Source of the DNA: an uncultured delta proteobacterium | GTDB taxonomy: Bacteria > Desulfobacterota > Desulfobacteria > Desulfobacterales > QNYZ01 | DNA length: 64,000 nucleotides | Direction: 5' to 3' | Assembly: GCA_963845145.1 (NCBI GenBank) | Contig: CAWJQU010000002.1 | Span: 384,001 to 448,000 of the forward strand | Made by a program: the position numbers and the translations under genes | The notes under the pieces: model-generated | The model's input: only the letters and a program-made list of their open reading frames with translations | Told to the model about the DNA's origin: nothing | Database searches by the model: none | Shown: positions 19,124 through 28,897 of the stretch, one piece after another | Layout of the letters: each line of letters begins with the position of its first letter | How positions within the stretch are numbered: the first letter of the stretch is position 1

Positions 19124-20479
19124 ATGGAGAATATCATTCAGCGTTTAAAAACCCAAACGCCAGGGGAAAAAGAATTTCACCAAGCTGTCGAAGAGGTCAT
19201 CGAAACCATTATCCCCGTTTTAGACAAAACCCCGGCCTACCGTCAAGCCGGCATTTTAGAACGCCTGGTGGTCCCTGATCGAATGATCATTTTTCGCGTT
19301 CCGTGGACGGATGATCACGGAAACGTTCAGGTCAATACCGGTTTTCGCATCGAAATGAACAACGCTATCGGTCCTTACAAGGGCGGGCTTCGTTTTCATC
19401 CTTCCGTAACACCGGGTATCCTCAAATTTCTGGCCTTTGAGCAGGTGTTTAAAAACGCACTTTCCACCTTGCCCCTTGGTGGAGGTGGCGGGGGGTCGGA
19501 TTTCGACCCGATGGGAAAATCGGATGGTGAGGTGATGCGCTTTTGCCAGAGCTTTATGGCCGAACTCTTTAGACATATTGGTCCTAATACCGATGTCCCG
19601 GGGCTGGACATCGGCGTCGGCGCACGGGAAATCGGGTACCTTTTCGGCATGTACCGTAAACTTAAAAATCAATTTACCGGGGCCATGACCGGTAAGGGCG
19701 TTGGTTGGGGGGGAAGCCTGATGCGTCCTGAGGCCACCGGATATGGCTGTGTCTATTTTACGGCCGAAATGATGTCTGCACGCTGGAACCAGACATTGGA
19801 AGGAAAAAAGTGTTTGGTCTCCGGAGCCGGGAATGTCGCCCGCCATACCATTGAAAAATTAATCGACCTGGGCGCCGTGGTTTTGACGGCATCGGATTCT
19901 TCCGGATACATATATGATGATGAAGGCATCGATAGAAATAAGCTCGCCTACTTGAATCAATTAAAAACCGTCCGCCGGGGCCGCATTGCCGAATATGCCG
20001 ATAAATATCCCCAGGCCGTATATACGCCGGCGGATACCACCGGGGACCATCACCCCATCTGGTCGCACCGAGCGGATTGCGCCTTCCCCTGTGCCACCGA
20101 AAATGAGGTGAACGCCAAAGATGCTTACAGTCTCGTAAACAATGGCGTCCGGGTCATTTGTGAAGGGGCCAGCATGCCCTGCACACATGAAGCAGTAGAT
20201 CTTTTTACCGCCCGTAAGAATGTTCTTTACGGTCCGGCCAAAGCGGCAAATGCCGGCGGAATGGCTGTTTCAGGGCTAGAGATGGCCCAGAATAGCATGC
20301 GCCTTTCCTGGACAAAAAAAGAAATAGACAAGCGTATGCGCATCATCATCAGACAAATTCACCAAACGTGTCTCGATACTGCCGAGCAATACGATTTTCC
20401 GGGGAATTACCTGGTGGGGGCCAATGTCACCGCATTCATAAAGGTCGTGGACGCCATGCTGGATCAGGGAATCGTATAG
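19124..20479 (+). CDS. gdhA: NADP-type glutamate dehydrogenase homolog with the catalytic Lys replaced by Gly
   Basis: GPYKGGLRFHP, FEQVFKN, RPEATGYG, GAGNVA; but GGGKGG reads GGGGGG. Confidence 0.88.
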   Translation: MENIIQRLKTQTPGEKEFHQAVEEVIETIIPVLDKTPAYRQAGILERLVVPDRMIIFRVPWTDDHGNVQVNTGFRIEMNNAIGPYKGGLRFHPSVTPGILKFLAFEQVFKNALSTLPLGGGGGGSDFDPMGKSDGEVMRFCQSFMAELFRHIGPNTDVPGLDIGVGAREIGYLFGMYRKLKNQFTGAMTGKGVGWGGSLMRPEATGYGCVYFTAEMMSARWNQTLEGKKCLVSGAGNVARHTIEKLIDLGAVVLTASDSSGYIYDDEGIDRNKLAYLNQLKTVRRGRIAEYADKYPQAVYTPADTTGDHHPIWSHRADCAFPCATENEVNAKDAYSLVNNGVRVICEGASMPCTHEAVDLFTARKNVLYGPAKAANAGGMAVSGLEMAQNSMRLSWTKKEIDKRMRIIIRQIHQTCLDTAEQYDFPGNYLVGANVTAFIKVVDAMLDQGIV

Positions 20480-20625
20480 CCTTTAGCATCACAACCCCAT
20501 CCTTAAAAAAACAAGAAACAATAACTTTAACGTGAAATCCTTCCTTAAGGAGCACCACCATTGCGGCATCTCGTGCGGTCACGAAAAAATAAATGCGACA
20601 GCCCTGGGCAGGACGGTTACCCGCC

Positions 20626-20666
20626 TTGACAAAAAATCATCTTGAATGCTAATTTACTATTATAGT
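20626..20666 (+). promoter_or_regulatory. iclR promoter -35 box and palindromic operator ACTATTATAGT
   Basis: TTGACA at 20626; ACTAT-T-ATAGT at 20656-20666; same core recurs at 21620. Confidence 0.7.
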
Positions 20667-20697
20667 GATCAAATTACTCTAATTAAAAGTTTTTTCT

Positions 20698-21474
20698 ATG
20701 CCGACATCACCCGAATACTTTTCCAAAACCATTGAAAAAGGAATGCGAATTCTTGAAGCGTTCGACCATGCGCATTCTGCCATAAGCCTTAAAGACATAT
20801 CAAAAGCAACCGGCATCAACCTGACGTCCACCTATCGTTTTGTCAATACATTTGAAGAGTTAGGATATCTAAGAAAAGACAACCGAAAAAAGCTGTTGAA
20901 ATTGGGGCCTAACGCGGTTGCTTTGGGACGGCGCTTTCTTACCGGATTTGAGCTATCGGAAAGTATCAATCCGCGTTTGGATGAAATCCAGGAAAAATAT
21001 AATATCACGATTGAGCTATCCCTATACCATGATGACACACTTGTCGTCATTTATCGTCGCGAAGCCAAGCATACGCTCACATCCCGGGCGCCCATGATCA
21101 GGAAATCTCTTTATTTTACGGCCTTAGGCAAAGCCATTCTGGCCTTCCTTCCCCCAGATAAATTGAATCAAATCCTCAGCCGACAACCCCTCAAGCGTAT
21201 CACGCAAAAGACCCTGGTCAAGAAAACGGCCTTAAGGGATGACCTGAAACGAACACATAAGCGCGGTTACTCGATTAACAATGAGGAGTACATGGATGGT
21301 TTGATTGCTATCGCCGCCCCACTATTTAACCTACATACCAACCAGGTTGTCGGATCGATATCTTTTGATTCTACTATTATTCAGCAATCCGTAATAGACT
21401 TCGAAAAAAAATATGCGAAGACCGTTCTTGAAGTAGGCAAGGAAATTTCCGAACTGATCCAACCGTTCATATAG
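20698..21474 (+). CDS. IclR-family transcriptional regulator
   Basis: KGMRILEAF..HTH..STYRFVNT, TALGKAILAF, RGYSINNEE, IAAP. Confidence 0.93.
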   Translation: MPTSPEYFSKTIEKGMRILEAFDHAHSAISLKDISKATGINLTSTYRFVNTFEELGYLRKDNRKKLLKLGPNAVALGRRFLTGFELSESINPRLDEIQEKYNITIELSLYHDDTLVVIYRREAKHTLTSRAPMIRKSLYFTALGKAILAFLPPDKLNQILSRQPLKRITQKTLVKKTALRDDLKRTHKRGYSINNEEYMDGLIAIAAPLFNLHTNQVVGSISFDSTIIQQSVIDFEKKYAKTVLEVGKEISELIQPFI

Positions 21475-21588
21475 CATACATTATACAGCCAAACCGTTTT
21501 CAATATATTCGAACAAAATGGCCAATGAGAAGAAGGTTTTCCTTTGTTTTTTTCGGCGTAACTAGCTGAAGGCAAAATGATTTTTTTC

Positions 21589-21634
21589 TTGACAAAGGAG
21601 CTCCCCTTTTATACCAAACACTATTATAGTGTTT
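21589..21634 (+). promoter_or_regulatory. ABC operon promoter -35 box and 19-bp palindromic operator
   Basis: TTGACA at 21589; AAACACTAT-T-ATAGTGTTT at 21616-21634. Confidence 0.75.
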
Positions 21635-21887
21635 TTTTTCAAATATAGTAATTTCAAGTTCACAATACATACCCCCTATCGGAAGCCTTTTGGTTATCCG
21701 TAGAAACTATCAGGTTTTCATTATATCAGCGGGGTCAATTTGTAGGGGAAGGCACGCTAAACGAATTTTAAATGGTGTAAACGCCTTTGGTTTTTAGAAA
21801 TAACACTCACCTTGCTGCTAAAATTGTAAGCCCCAGACTATCGCGATAGGAAACTAATTAAATGCTAACGTTGTTAAGGGTTGTATA

Positions 21888-22754
21888 GTGCAGTCCAAAT
21901 CATGGAAACCCTGGGCGCTTTTAGCGCCATCGTTATCTGCTGTTTTTCTATTATTGGTTATACCAGTATGTTTTATTATCGTTTACAGCTTCTGGCTACG
22001 CGCGCCCAGCGGTGCGGACATTCCTGCATTCCAATTCGGTAATTACGCCAAGTTCTTTGAAGATTTCTTTTATCCGAAAATTCTCATTCGAACCATTCGT
22101 ATTTCCTTTGAGACTGTCTTTCTTTGCGTCGTCATGGGCTATATCCCCGCCTACTATTTCTACCGTAGCGAAAGCCGCTATAAGAAAATCTTTCTTCTGC
22201 TGATCATGCTGCCATTTTGGGTCAGCTTCATCATCCGCACGATGAGTTGGATCAACATCATGGGCGATTCGGGCCTGATTAACCATTTTCTGTTGAAGAT
22301 CGGACTGATCCAGTCGCCCATATCGATGCTGTACAACGAGTTTACCGTACTCATGGGATTGATCATGTACCTGCTGCCGTTCATGGTTCTGAATATCTAT
22401 GTCAGTCTGGAAGGTATCGACAAGAGTCTTCTAGAAGCCGCACGCTGCATGGGCTGTACCGAATGGCAGGCTTTTCGTGAAGTCACGCTCCCCTTGAGCC
22501 TTCCCGGGGTCAGTGCCGGCTGCCTGCTGGTCTTCGTGCTCACCGCCGGTACCTATCTGCCTCCCATGATACTGGGTGGCCCGGGCAACGACATGATCGC
22601 CAACCTAATTTTCAAACGAGTGATCGGCACGCTGGACTGGCCCTTCGGCTCGGCCATCAGCGTGATCCTGCTTTCCCTGTTGTTTGTAATCGTCTGGACC
22701 TACAACCGGTACCTGGGAATCAATCAGATCTTTAAAAGCCTTCAGGGAAATTAG
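21888..22754 (+). CDS. ABC transporter permease (PotB-like)
   Basis: TM helices, PFWVS, EAA motif LLEAARCMG. Confidence 0.92.
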   Translation: MQSKSWKPWALLAPSLSAVFLLLVIPVCFIIVYSFWLRAPSGADIPAFQFGNYAKFFEDFFYPKILIRTIRISFETVFLCVVMGYIPAYYFYRSESRYKKIFLLLIMLPFWVSFIIRTMSWINIMGDSGLINHFLLKIGLIQSPISMLYNEFTVLMGLIMYLLPFMVLNIYVSLEGIDKSLLEAARCMGCTEWQAFREVTLPLSLPGVSAGCLLVFVLTAGTYLPPMILGGPGNDMIANLIFKRVIGTLDWPFGSAISVILLSLLFVIVWTYNRYLGINQIFKSLQGN

Positions 22755-22757
22755 ACG

Positions 22758-23555
22758 ATGAAACAATTCTCAACGGGATGGACACTGATCAGAATCTACA
22801 CGATTCTCGTCTACGTCTTTTTGTTCGCCCCCATCGTCGTGGTTATCGTACTGGCATTCAATCCCAAGCAATTCGGTATTTTCCCCATGGAGGGGGTCAG
22901 TTGGCGCTGGTTCATTAAGCTGGCCCAAAATGAATCCATCATCGATGCGTTTAAGAATTCACTTGTCCTTGGATCTCTGACTGCGGTGATATCCACCGGC
23001 ATCGGCATCCTGGCCGCCCTGGCCTTCATCCGTTTCGAATTTCCCGGCAAAAACACCCTCAACACCCTGCTGCTGTCACCGATCATGATTCCGGAAGTGG
23101 TTTTGGGTGTGGCGCTGCTGCTTTTTTTGCGATTTCTTCAACAGCCCAAGAGTTTTGCGCTACTGCTGATCGGACACGTAGTATTGACCCTGCCCTACGT
23201 GCTGTTGATCGTCCAGGCCCGGCTAGTGGGGATAAAGAAAGAATACGAAGAGGCAGCCAAATCTTTGGGCGCCAATGCTTTTCAGACCTTCAGGGAAATC
23301 ACTTTCCCGCTGTTGTTGCCGGCCATTCTGGCCGGTGCGCTTTTTGCTTTTACCATCTCTTTTGACGACATCACGGCAACGCTTTTCTGGGCCACGGCAC
23401 AAAACCAAACTGTACCGGTGAAAATCTTCAGCATGCTGAGAAATTCGATCAGCCCGGAGATCAATGCCCTGGGCACCGTCATGATCGTACTGACAGTTAC
23501 CACCCCCCTGCTTGCAGGCTATCTGTCCCGCAAGTTCTCAAAGATAAAGGATTAA
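22758..23555 (+). CDS. ABC transporter permease (PotC-like)
   Basis: EEAAKSLGA, SFDD, PEINAL. Confidence 0.92.
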   Translation: MKQFSTGWTLIRIYTILVYVFLFAPIVVVIVLAFNPKQFGIFPMEGVSWRWFIKLAQNESIIDAFKNSLVLGSLTAVISTGIGILAALAFIRFEFPGKNTLNTLLLSPIMIPEVVLGVALLLFLRFLQQPKSFALLLIGHVVLTLPYVLLIVQARLVGIKKEYEEAAKSLGANAFQTFREITFPLLLPAILAGALFAFTISFDDITATLFWATAQNQTVPVKIFSMLRNSISPEINALGTVMIVLTVTTPLLAGYLSRKFSKIKD

Positions 23556-23593
23556 GATCTTAACCTGACAACCATTAGCTGAAAGGAGTACCC

Positions 23594-24757
23594 ATGGCCA
23601 TCGTAACGAAAGAAAAATTAGATCGGGTTTACGACGCGTATAAAACCGGCAAGCTCAGCCGGCGTCACTTTCTCAAATATCTCGGTCTTGCCGGCGCGTC
23701 CATCGGATTGGTCGGCTCGCCCTTTGGAAATGCCGTCAAAAACGCCTGGGCAGCCAAGTCCATCCGCTTCGATGGCTGGGGCGGCTCGGTTTCCGAATCA
23801 TTTAGAGAATACGCCTTCAAACCCTTTACCAAAGCTACGGGTATCGACGTCATCGATGGTGAATTCGGTGACATGAACTCTTATCTGACACGCGTCAAAG
23901 CCTCCTATCCTCCAGGTGGGGAATTCAACATCGCCCATCTGAGCGCCGTGTTCGACTATGCCCGCTATGCCGAATTGGGTTTCGCGTCGAAGTTGGATGA
24001 AACCAAAATCCCCAATCTCAACAATGTCATGGAGTCCATGATCAAACCACTGCGGGAGATCACCAAGGGCACGCTCTCGGCCGTACCCTACGATTTGGGA
24101 CAGACTGGCATCGCCTATAACACCAAACATATCAGCAAAGAGAAGGCCGAGAAGCTCGGCGCATCCCTGCTGTGGGATAAAAGCTTGAAGGGCAAGTTGG
24201 GCAGTTGGGAAGGCGACTTCAGGACCAACATGTGGTATGCGGCGCTACATACCGGCCAGAGCCCGAACGACATGACCGACCTTAAGGCCATATGGGCGGC
24301 ACTGCGAGAACAGCGCGGCCTGATGAAGAAGTATTGGGCCTCCGGTGCCGAACTGATGAGCCTGCTGGCCAACGAGGAAATCTATGCCACGGTGGCCTGG
24401 TCTGGACGGGTGGCCGCACTTCAGCAGGAAGGCAACCCCATTGGTTACCTCTCCCCCAAGGGCACCTACTCCTGGATGGAATATCTCTTCGTACTGAAAG
24501 GGACCGATCTGGAAATCGCCCAGCAGTTGCTTAATTTCATGCTGGAGCCGACCGCGGCCATCGCCGTGGCAGAAGGACAGAATTATCCGCCCAGCCTGGA
24601 TCCGTCCAAGGTGCAATTAACCGATAAAATCAAGAAAATGCCGGCCTTCGACCCCACCGGCAAACTGGACGGATACCTGTTTGCCAATCCATCCTACTGG
24701 AATGCCCACCAATTGGAATGGACGGAGAAGTGGGACCGGATCAAGGCTGGCAGTTAG
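23594..24757 (+). CDS. Tat-exported ABC substrate-binding protein (PotD/PotF-like)
   Basis: SRRHFLK twin-arginine signal, GWGG, IAYNT, WSGR. Confidence 0.9.
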   Translation: MAIVTKEKLDRVYDAYKTGKLSRRHFLKYLGLAGASIGLVGSPFGNAVKNAWAAKSIRFDGWGGSVSESFREYAFKPFTKATGIDVIDGEFGDMNSYLTRVKASYPPGGEFNIAHLSAVFDYARYAELGFASKLDETKIPNLNNVMESMIKPLREITKGTLSAVPYDLGQTGIAYNTKHISKEKAEKLGASLLWDKSLKGKLGSWEGDFRTNMWYAALHTGQSPNDMTDLKAIWAALREQRGLMKKYWASGAELMSLLANEEIYATVAWSGRVAALQQEGNPIGYLSPKGTYSWMEYLFVLKGTDLEIAQQLLNFMLEPTAAIAVAEGQNYPPSLDPSKVQLTDKIKKMPAFDPTGKLDGYLFANPSYWNAHQLEWTEKWDRIKAGS

Positions 24758-24869
24758 TGTCAATCCATAATAGGCACAGACTGGATTATATCAATCTCAA
24801 GGTGGAACCGTCATCGCGACGGCGGTCCCACTTTTCTGGGAAAAATATAAACATAGGAGACAGAATAAC

Positions 24870-25970
24870 GTGGCGACCGGCAAGAAACAGCCCATCGTTC
24901 AATTCAAAGGCATTTTAAAGCGATTCGGCGACGTTGTCGCTGTTGAAAAAATGGATTTTGACATCGAAGAGGGCAGCCTGGTGACACTGCTGGGCCCTTC
25001 CGGTTGCGGGAAAACAACTCTGCTGCGCATGGTGGCCGGCCTGGAGGAACCCACAGAGGGCGATATTTTCATCAAAGGGGTTCGGATCAACGATACGCCG
25101 ATCCATAAGCGCAACCTGGGAATGATTTTTCAAAACTACGCCCTGTTTCCCCACAAAAACATATTTGACAACGTGGCCTTCGGGTTGAAGTACCGTGACG
25201 TGTCTAAGGGGGGCATCAAGGAGAAAGTGACCCGGGCTCTGGAAATGGTCCGCCTGCCAGGCGTGGAGAACCGCATGCCCAGCCAACTCTCAGGCGGACA
25301 GCAGCAGCGCATCGCCATGGCACGAGCCATCGTGATCGAACCGGACGTGCTGCTGATGGACGAGCCCCTTTCCGCCCTGGATGAAAACCTGAGAGAGGAA
25401 ATGCGGCGGGAGGTGGACAACCTACAGCAAATGCTTGGCGTCACCACCATCTTTGTCACCCATGACCAGCGTGAAGCGTTGAGCATGTCGGACAAAATCC
25501 TGGTCATGAAGGCTGGCCGCAAGCAGCAGGAAGGCGACCCCGAGACGGTCTACAACGAGCCGGCCAACCATTTTGTGGCCGATTTTCTGGGCCACTCCAA
25601 TTTCATCAAAGGGGAAGTCGAGGGGGTCAACGCCGATCATGTAAACGTCAGGATCGAAACCGGCGATGTCCTATTTGCAGAAAACAAGGGCGGGTTCTCG
25701 ACAGGCGACGCGGTAGAGATGATCGTCCGCGCCCAGCGCTTCGATGCCTTCCCCAAGAATGAATTCACACCGATAGAAGGGATGAACCACTTCGAGGGCC
25801 GCATCAAAGACCGCAGTTACATGGGCGGAGAGGTCAGCTACTTCATTGAGCTGGGGACCGGCCGCGAAATCCACATCATCAGCATGATGCGCACACGGCT
25901 TTACAACATCGACGAAGCGGTCAGCGTGCAGGTATCGCCCCACCACTGCCACCTGATTCCCCTGGAATAA
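24870..25970 (+). CDS. ABC transporter ATPase (PotA-like, TOBE tail)
   Basis: GPSGCGKT, LSGGQQQR, LLMDEP, VTHD. Confidence 0.95.
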   Translation: MATGKKQPIVQFKGILKRFGDVVAVEKMDFDIEEGSLVTLLGPSGCGKTTLLRMVAGLEEPTEGDIFIKGVRINDTPIHKRNLGMIFQNYALFPHKNIFDNVAFGLKYRDVSKGGIKEKVTRALEMVRLPGVENRMPSQLSGGQQQRIAMARAIVIEPDVLLMDEPLSALDENLREEMRREVDNLQQMLGVTTIFVTHDQREALSMSDKILVMKAGRKQQEGDPETVYNEPANHFVADFLGHSNFIKGEVEGVNADHVNVRIETGDVLFAENKGGFSTGDAVEMIVRAQRFDAFPKNEFTPIEGMNHFEGRIKDRSYMGGEVSYFIELGTGREIHIISMMRTRLYNIDEAVSVQVSPHHCHLIPLE

Positions 25971-26009
25971 ACCGGTTGACTTCTTTTATCATAAACCTTT
26001 CGCTCTGAG

Positions 26010-26049
26010 ACCTGAAAACAGACAGCGTCGTTTTCAGGTTTTGTTTTTA
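26010..26049 (+). terminator. Rho-independent terminator
   Basis: acctgaaaac...gttttcaggt stem followed by tttgttttt. Confidence 0.7.
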
Positions 26050-26154
26050 TGCGACTGTTGGTTGATCTGAACGTGATTGTATTTCCTGAAATACTATGGG
26101 GAAATAGGCGTTTCCGAAAATAATTTTCCAAGACCCTGTATGGAGACTAAAATA

Positions 26155-27189
26155 ATGAATTTTTCACGTGTGGCTGAGACTCTGTCGCATCGATTTACGA
26201 AGCGACTGGTAACCATTGACTCGCACACTGCCGGTGAACCAACCCGTTTAATCTTCGGCCATGAAAACCTGCCCGGAGAATCCATGGCCGATAGGCGCCG
26301 ATACCTCATGGAAAAAATGGACCATATTCGGTGTTTAATGACCCGGGAGCCCAGGGGCCACCGAAACATTTTTGCCGCACTTTTTACAGAATCGGCCACC
26401 GCCAAAGCCGACTTCGGGCTGATCTATATGGATGCTAAAAGGTACCCCTATCTATGCGGTCATGCGGTTATCGGCGCCGTGATGACGGTTATCGAATTAG
26501 GAATCATGCCGGTCGAGGACGGTATTCAGCCAATGACCGTGGACACGCCTTCAGGGCCGGTCAAGGCTGCGGCTACCGTTAAGAAGGGATTGGTTGAATC
26601 GGTTACCATTGAAATGGTGCCGGCCTTTGTTGGACAAACGGGCTGCCTGCTGGACCTGGGAAAGTTCGGTTCTATTGAGGTAGACCTGGTTTGTGTCGGC
26701 GGTTATTTCGCCATGGTGGATGTTGCCGGGATTGATGTATCCCTGAATCCGGAAAACCAGAAGAAGCTAATCGATTTGGGAATGGCGATCATCGATGCGG
26801 CCAACCGACAAATGACCATCGCCCATCCCACGCGCATCGATGTTCGTACTGTGGATGTTGTCGAATTTTATGATACGCGTCAGGACAAAAATACGCCCGG
26901 TAACAGTATTGTCGTTCTTGGCGAAGGCCATATGGATCGGTCCCCCTGCGGAACCGGCACCACGGCCAAGATGACGTTATTCCATCACAAGGGTCTACTC
27001 AGCCTCAACGAGGTGTATATAAACACCAGCCCCCTGGGAACGACTTTCGAAGGAAAACTGATCAAAAAAACACGGGTCGGCAATATTGAAGCGGTCGTGG
27101 CAGAAATCACCGGGAGTGCTTATATTACCGGTAGACATGAATTTGTCATTGACCCCCGTGACCCATTTCCCAACGGATACCTTTTATGA
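26155..27189 (+). CDS. Proline racemase family protein
   Basis: DSHTAGEPTR, EPRGH, both catalytic Cys (LCGH, DRSPCGTGT); start set at ATG after GGAG. Confidence 0.9.
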   Translation: MNFSRVAETLSHRFTKRLVTIDSHTAGEPTRLIFGHENLPGESMADRRRYLMEKMDHIRCLMTREPRGHRNIFAALFTESATAKADFGLIYMDAKRYPYLCGHAVIGAVMTVIELGIMPVEDGIQPMTVDTPSGPVKAAATVKKGLVESVTIEMVPAFVGQTGCLLDLGKFGSIEVDLVCVGGYFAMVDVAGIDVSLNPENQKKLIDLGMAIIDAANRQMTIAHPTRIDVRTVDVVEFYDTRQDKNTPGNSIVVLGEGHMDRSPCGTGTTAKMTLFHHKGLLSLNEVYINTSPLGTTFEGKLIKKTRVGNIEAVVAEITGSAYITGRHEFVIDPRDPFPNGYLL

Positions 27190-28820
27190 ACCGCAAACAA
27201 TCGACACCGAACTTGATTCTGATCAACGCTGACGTTCGCACCCAGGATCCCCAGTTGCCGAGAGCAAATGCGGTGGCAATCGGCGGGGGCCGAATCCAGG
27301 CCGTGGGTAATGATGATGCCATCGAATCGATGAAGCGTCACGATACCCGCACGGTTGACCTCGGCGGACGGCTGGTATTGCCGGGAATGACTGATGTTCA
27401 TTTTCATGGCTATGAATGGGCCCTCAACCGGCAAAACCTCGATTTGGCGAAGACGCGCTCTTTTGACCATTTATGCCGTGAAGTCAAAGCCTGCACAGGC
27501 CGCCAAACCCCGGGGAAGTGGGTCATCGGACAGGGCTGGAATGAAACCGACTGGCCGGAGCCCCGCATTCCGTTTCGCCTGGATCTGGATGCTGTTTCGC
27601 CACGCAATCCACTGATTCTGTGGCGCTGCGACCTGCATTTAGCCGCTGCAAACACTTTGGCATTAGAAGCCGCTGGCATTGGCGAGAATACGCCCGACCC
27701 CAAAGATGGACTCATCGAACGGGATGAACACGGCCGACCCACCGGCATATTGCGGGAACTGGCGATTAATCTGGTGCGGAATGTTATCCCATCACCCTCG
27801 GAGCGGGAAGCGGCAAAGGCGCTCAAGGAGGGCATCTCCGAGCTTCATACGTTAGGGCTCACCGGCATTCACGATATTCGGTTGATGGACGATGAGGACG
27901 GCGACCGCGCGCTTCGGGCATGGCAACATCTGGATGCAAACGAAGTGCTCGACCTACGTTGCTGGGTAACATTATCCGGTGAGCGGATGGCGGCAGCCAT
28001 TGCGAAAGGGCTAAAGACCGGCACCGGCAACGATCGCTTACAAATTGGTCATCTCAAATTTTTTTCCGACGGCGGCATGGGCGCCCGCACCGCCTGGCTC
28101 TATGAGCCCTATCTGGATGCGAAATGCGGAATGCCGCTCACGCCCGTCAGCGAATTGAGATCCGCCATAATCCAAGCCGAGGCAGCCGGCCTGGCCGTCA
28201 TGATCCACGCCGTGGGAGAACGGGCCAATGGCGAGTTGATACAAATGTTTGAAGCGCACCGAAATTCAAAACGCCACGCCATTCTTCAAAATAAACCCCT
28301 AAAAATCAAGCACCGTATTGAACATGTCCAGATGATTCGCCCTGGAGATATCCCACGCCTGGCACGCACCGGTGTTGCTGTATCCGTCCAGCCCCACAAT
28401 ATGGTCCTGGACATGAACATGATCGATAGGGCAGTGGGCCGCCGCGGTCGCTGGACATATGCCTTTCGGGACCTGATTGATGCAGGTGTCCCGGTTATGC
28501 TCAGTTCCGACAGCCCGGTAGCGGACCCCAGTCCGATTACCGGTATCCACGCGGCCGTCACCCGACAAAGGACGGACGCCACCCCGGCTAAAGGGTGGTA
28601 TCCGGAATCAAGATTAGAGGTTACGGAAGCAATTCAGGGTTATACCCTGACGCCGGCTACCGTTCATGGATTAAGTGACCGCCTCGGCAGTATTGCCGTT
28701 GGTAAACACGCCGACCTGATCGTCCTGGACCGTAATCTTTACACCATCGATCCCATGGAAATCGCCGGGGTGAACGTGGATATGACCATTTTCAACGGAC
28801 GAATTGTATATTCCCGATAG
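27186..28820 (+). CDS. Amidohydrolase 3 (YtcJ-like) metallohydrolase
   Basis: PGMTDVHFH, KFFSDG, HAVGE, HRIEHVQ, SSDSPV, GKHADL; overlaps the racemase stop. Confidence 0.9.
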   Translation: MNRKQSTPNLILINADVRTQDPQLPRANAVAIGGGRIQAVGNDDAIESMKRHDTRTVDLGGRLVLPGMTDVHFHGYEWALNRQNLDLAKTRSFDHLCREVKACTGRQTPGKWVIGQGWNETDWPEPRIPFRLDLDAVSPRNPLILWRCDLHLAAANTLALEAAGIGENTPDPKDGLIERDEHGRPTGILRELAINLVRNVIPSPSEREAAKALKEGISELHTLGLTGIHDIRLMDDEDGDRALRAWQHLDANEVLDLRCWVTLSGERMAAAIAKGLKTGTGNDRLQIGHLKFFSDGGMGARTAWLYEPYLDAKCGMPLTPVSELRSAIIQAEAAGLAVMIHAVGERANGELIQMFEAHRNSKRHAILQNKPLKIKHRIEHVQMIRPGDIPRLARTGVAVSVQPHNMVLDMNMIDRAVGRRGRWTYAFRDLIDAGVPVMLSSDSPVADPSPITGIHAAVTRQRTDATPAKGWYPESRLEVTEAIQGYTLTPATVHGLSDRLGSIAVGKHADLIVLDRNLYTIDPMEIAGVNVDMTIFNGRIVYSR

Positions 28821-28897
28821 GTTTTATTGACACAAAATGCGCCGGGTAGGTGTTCTCACAGTAAATTTTCAGGGCGTCGGGAAAAATGAGATCCCTA

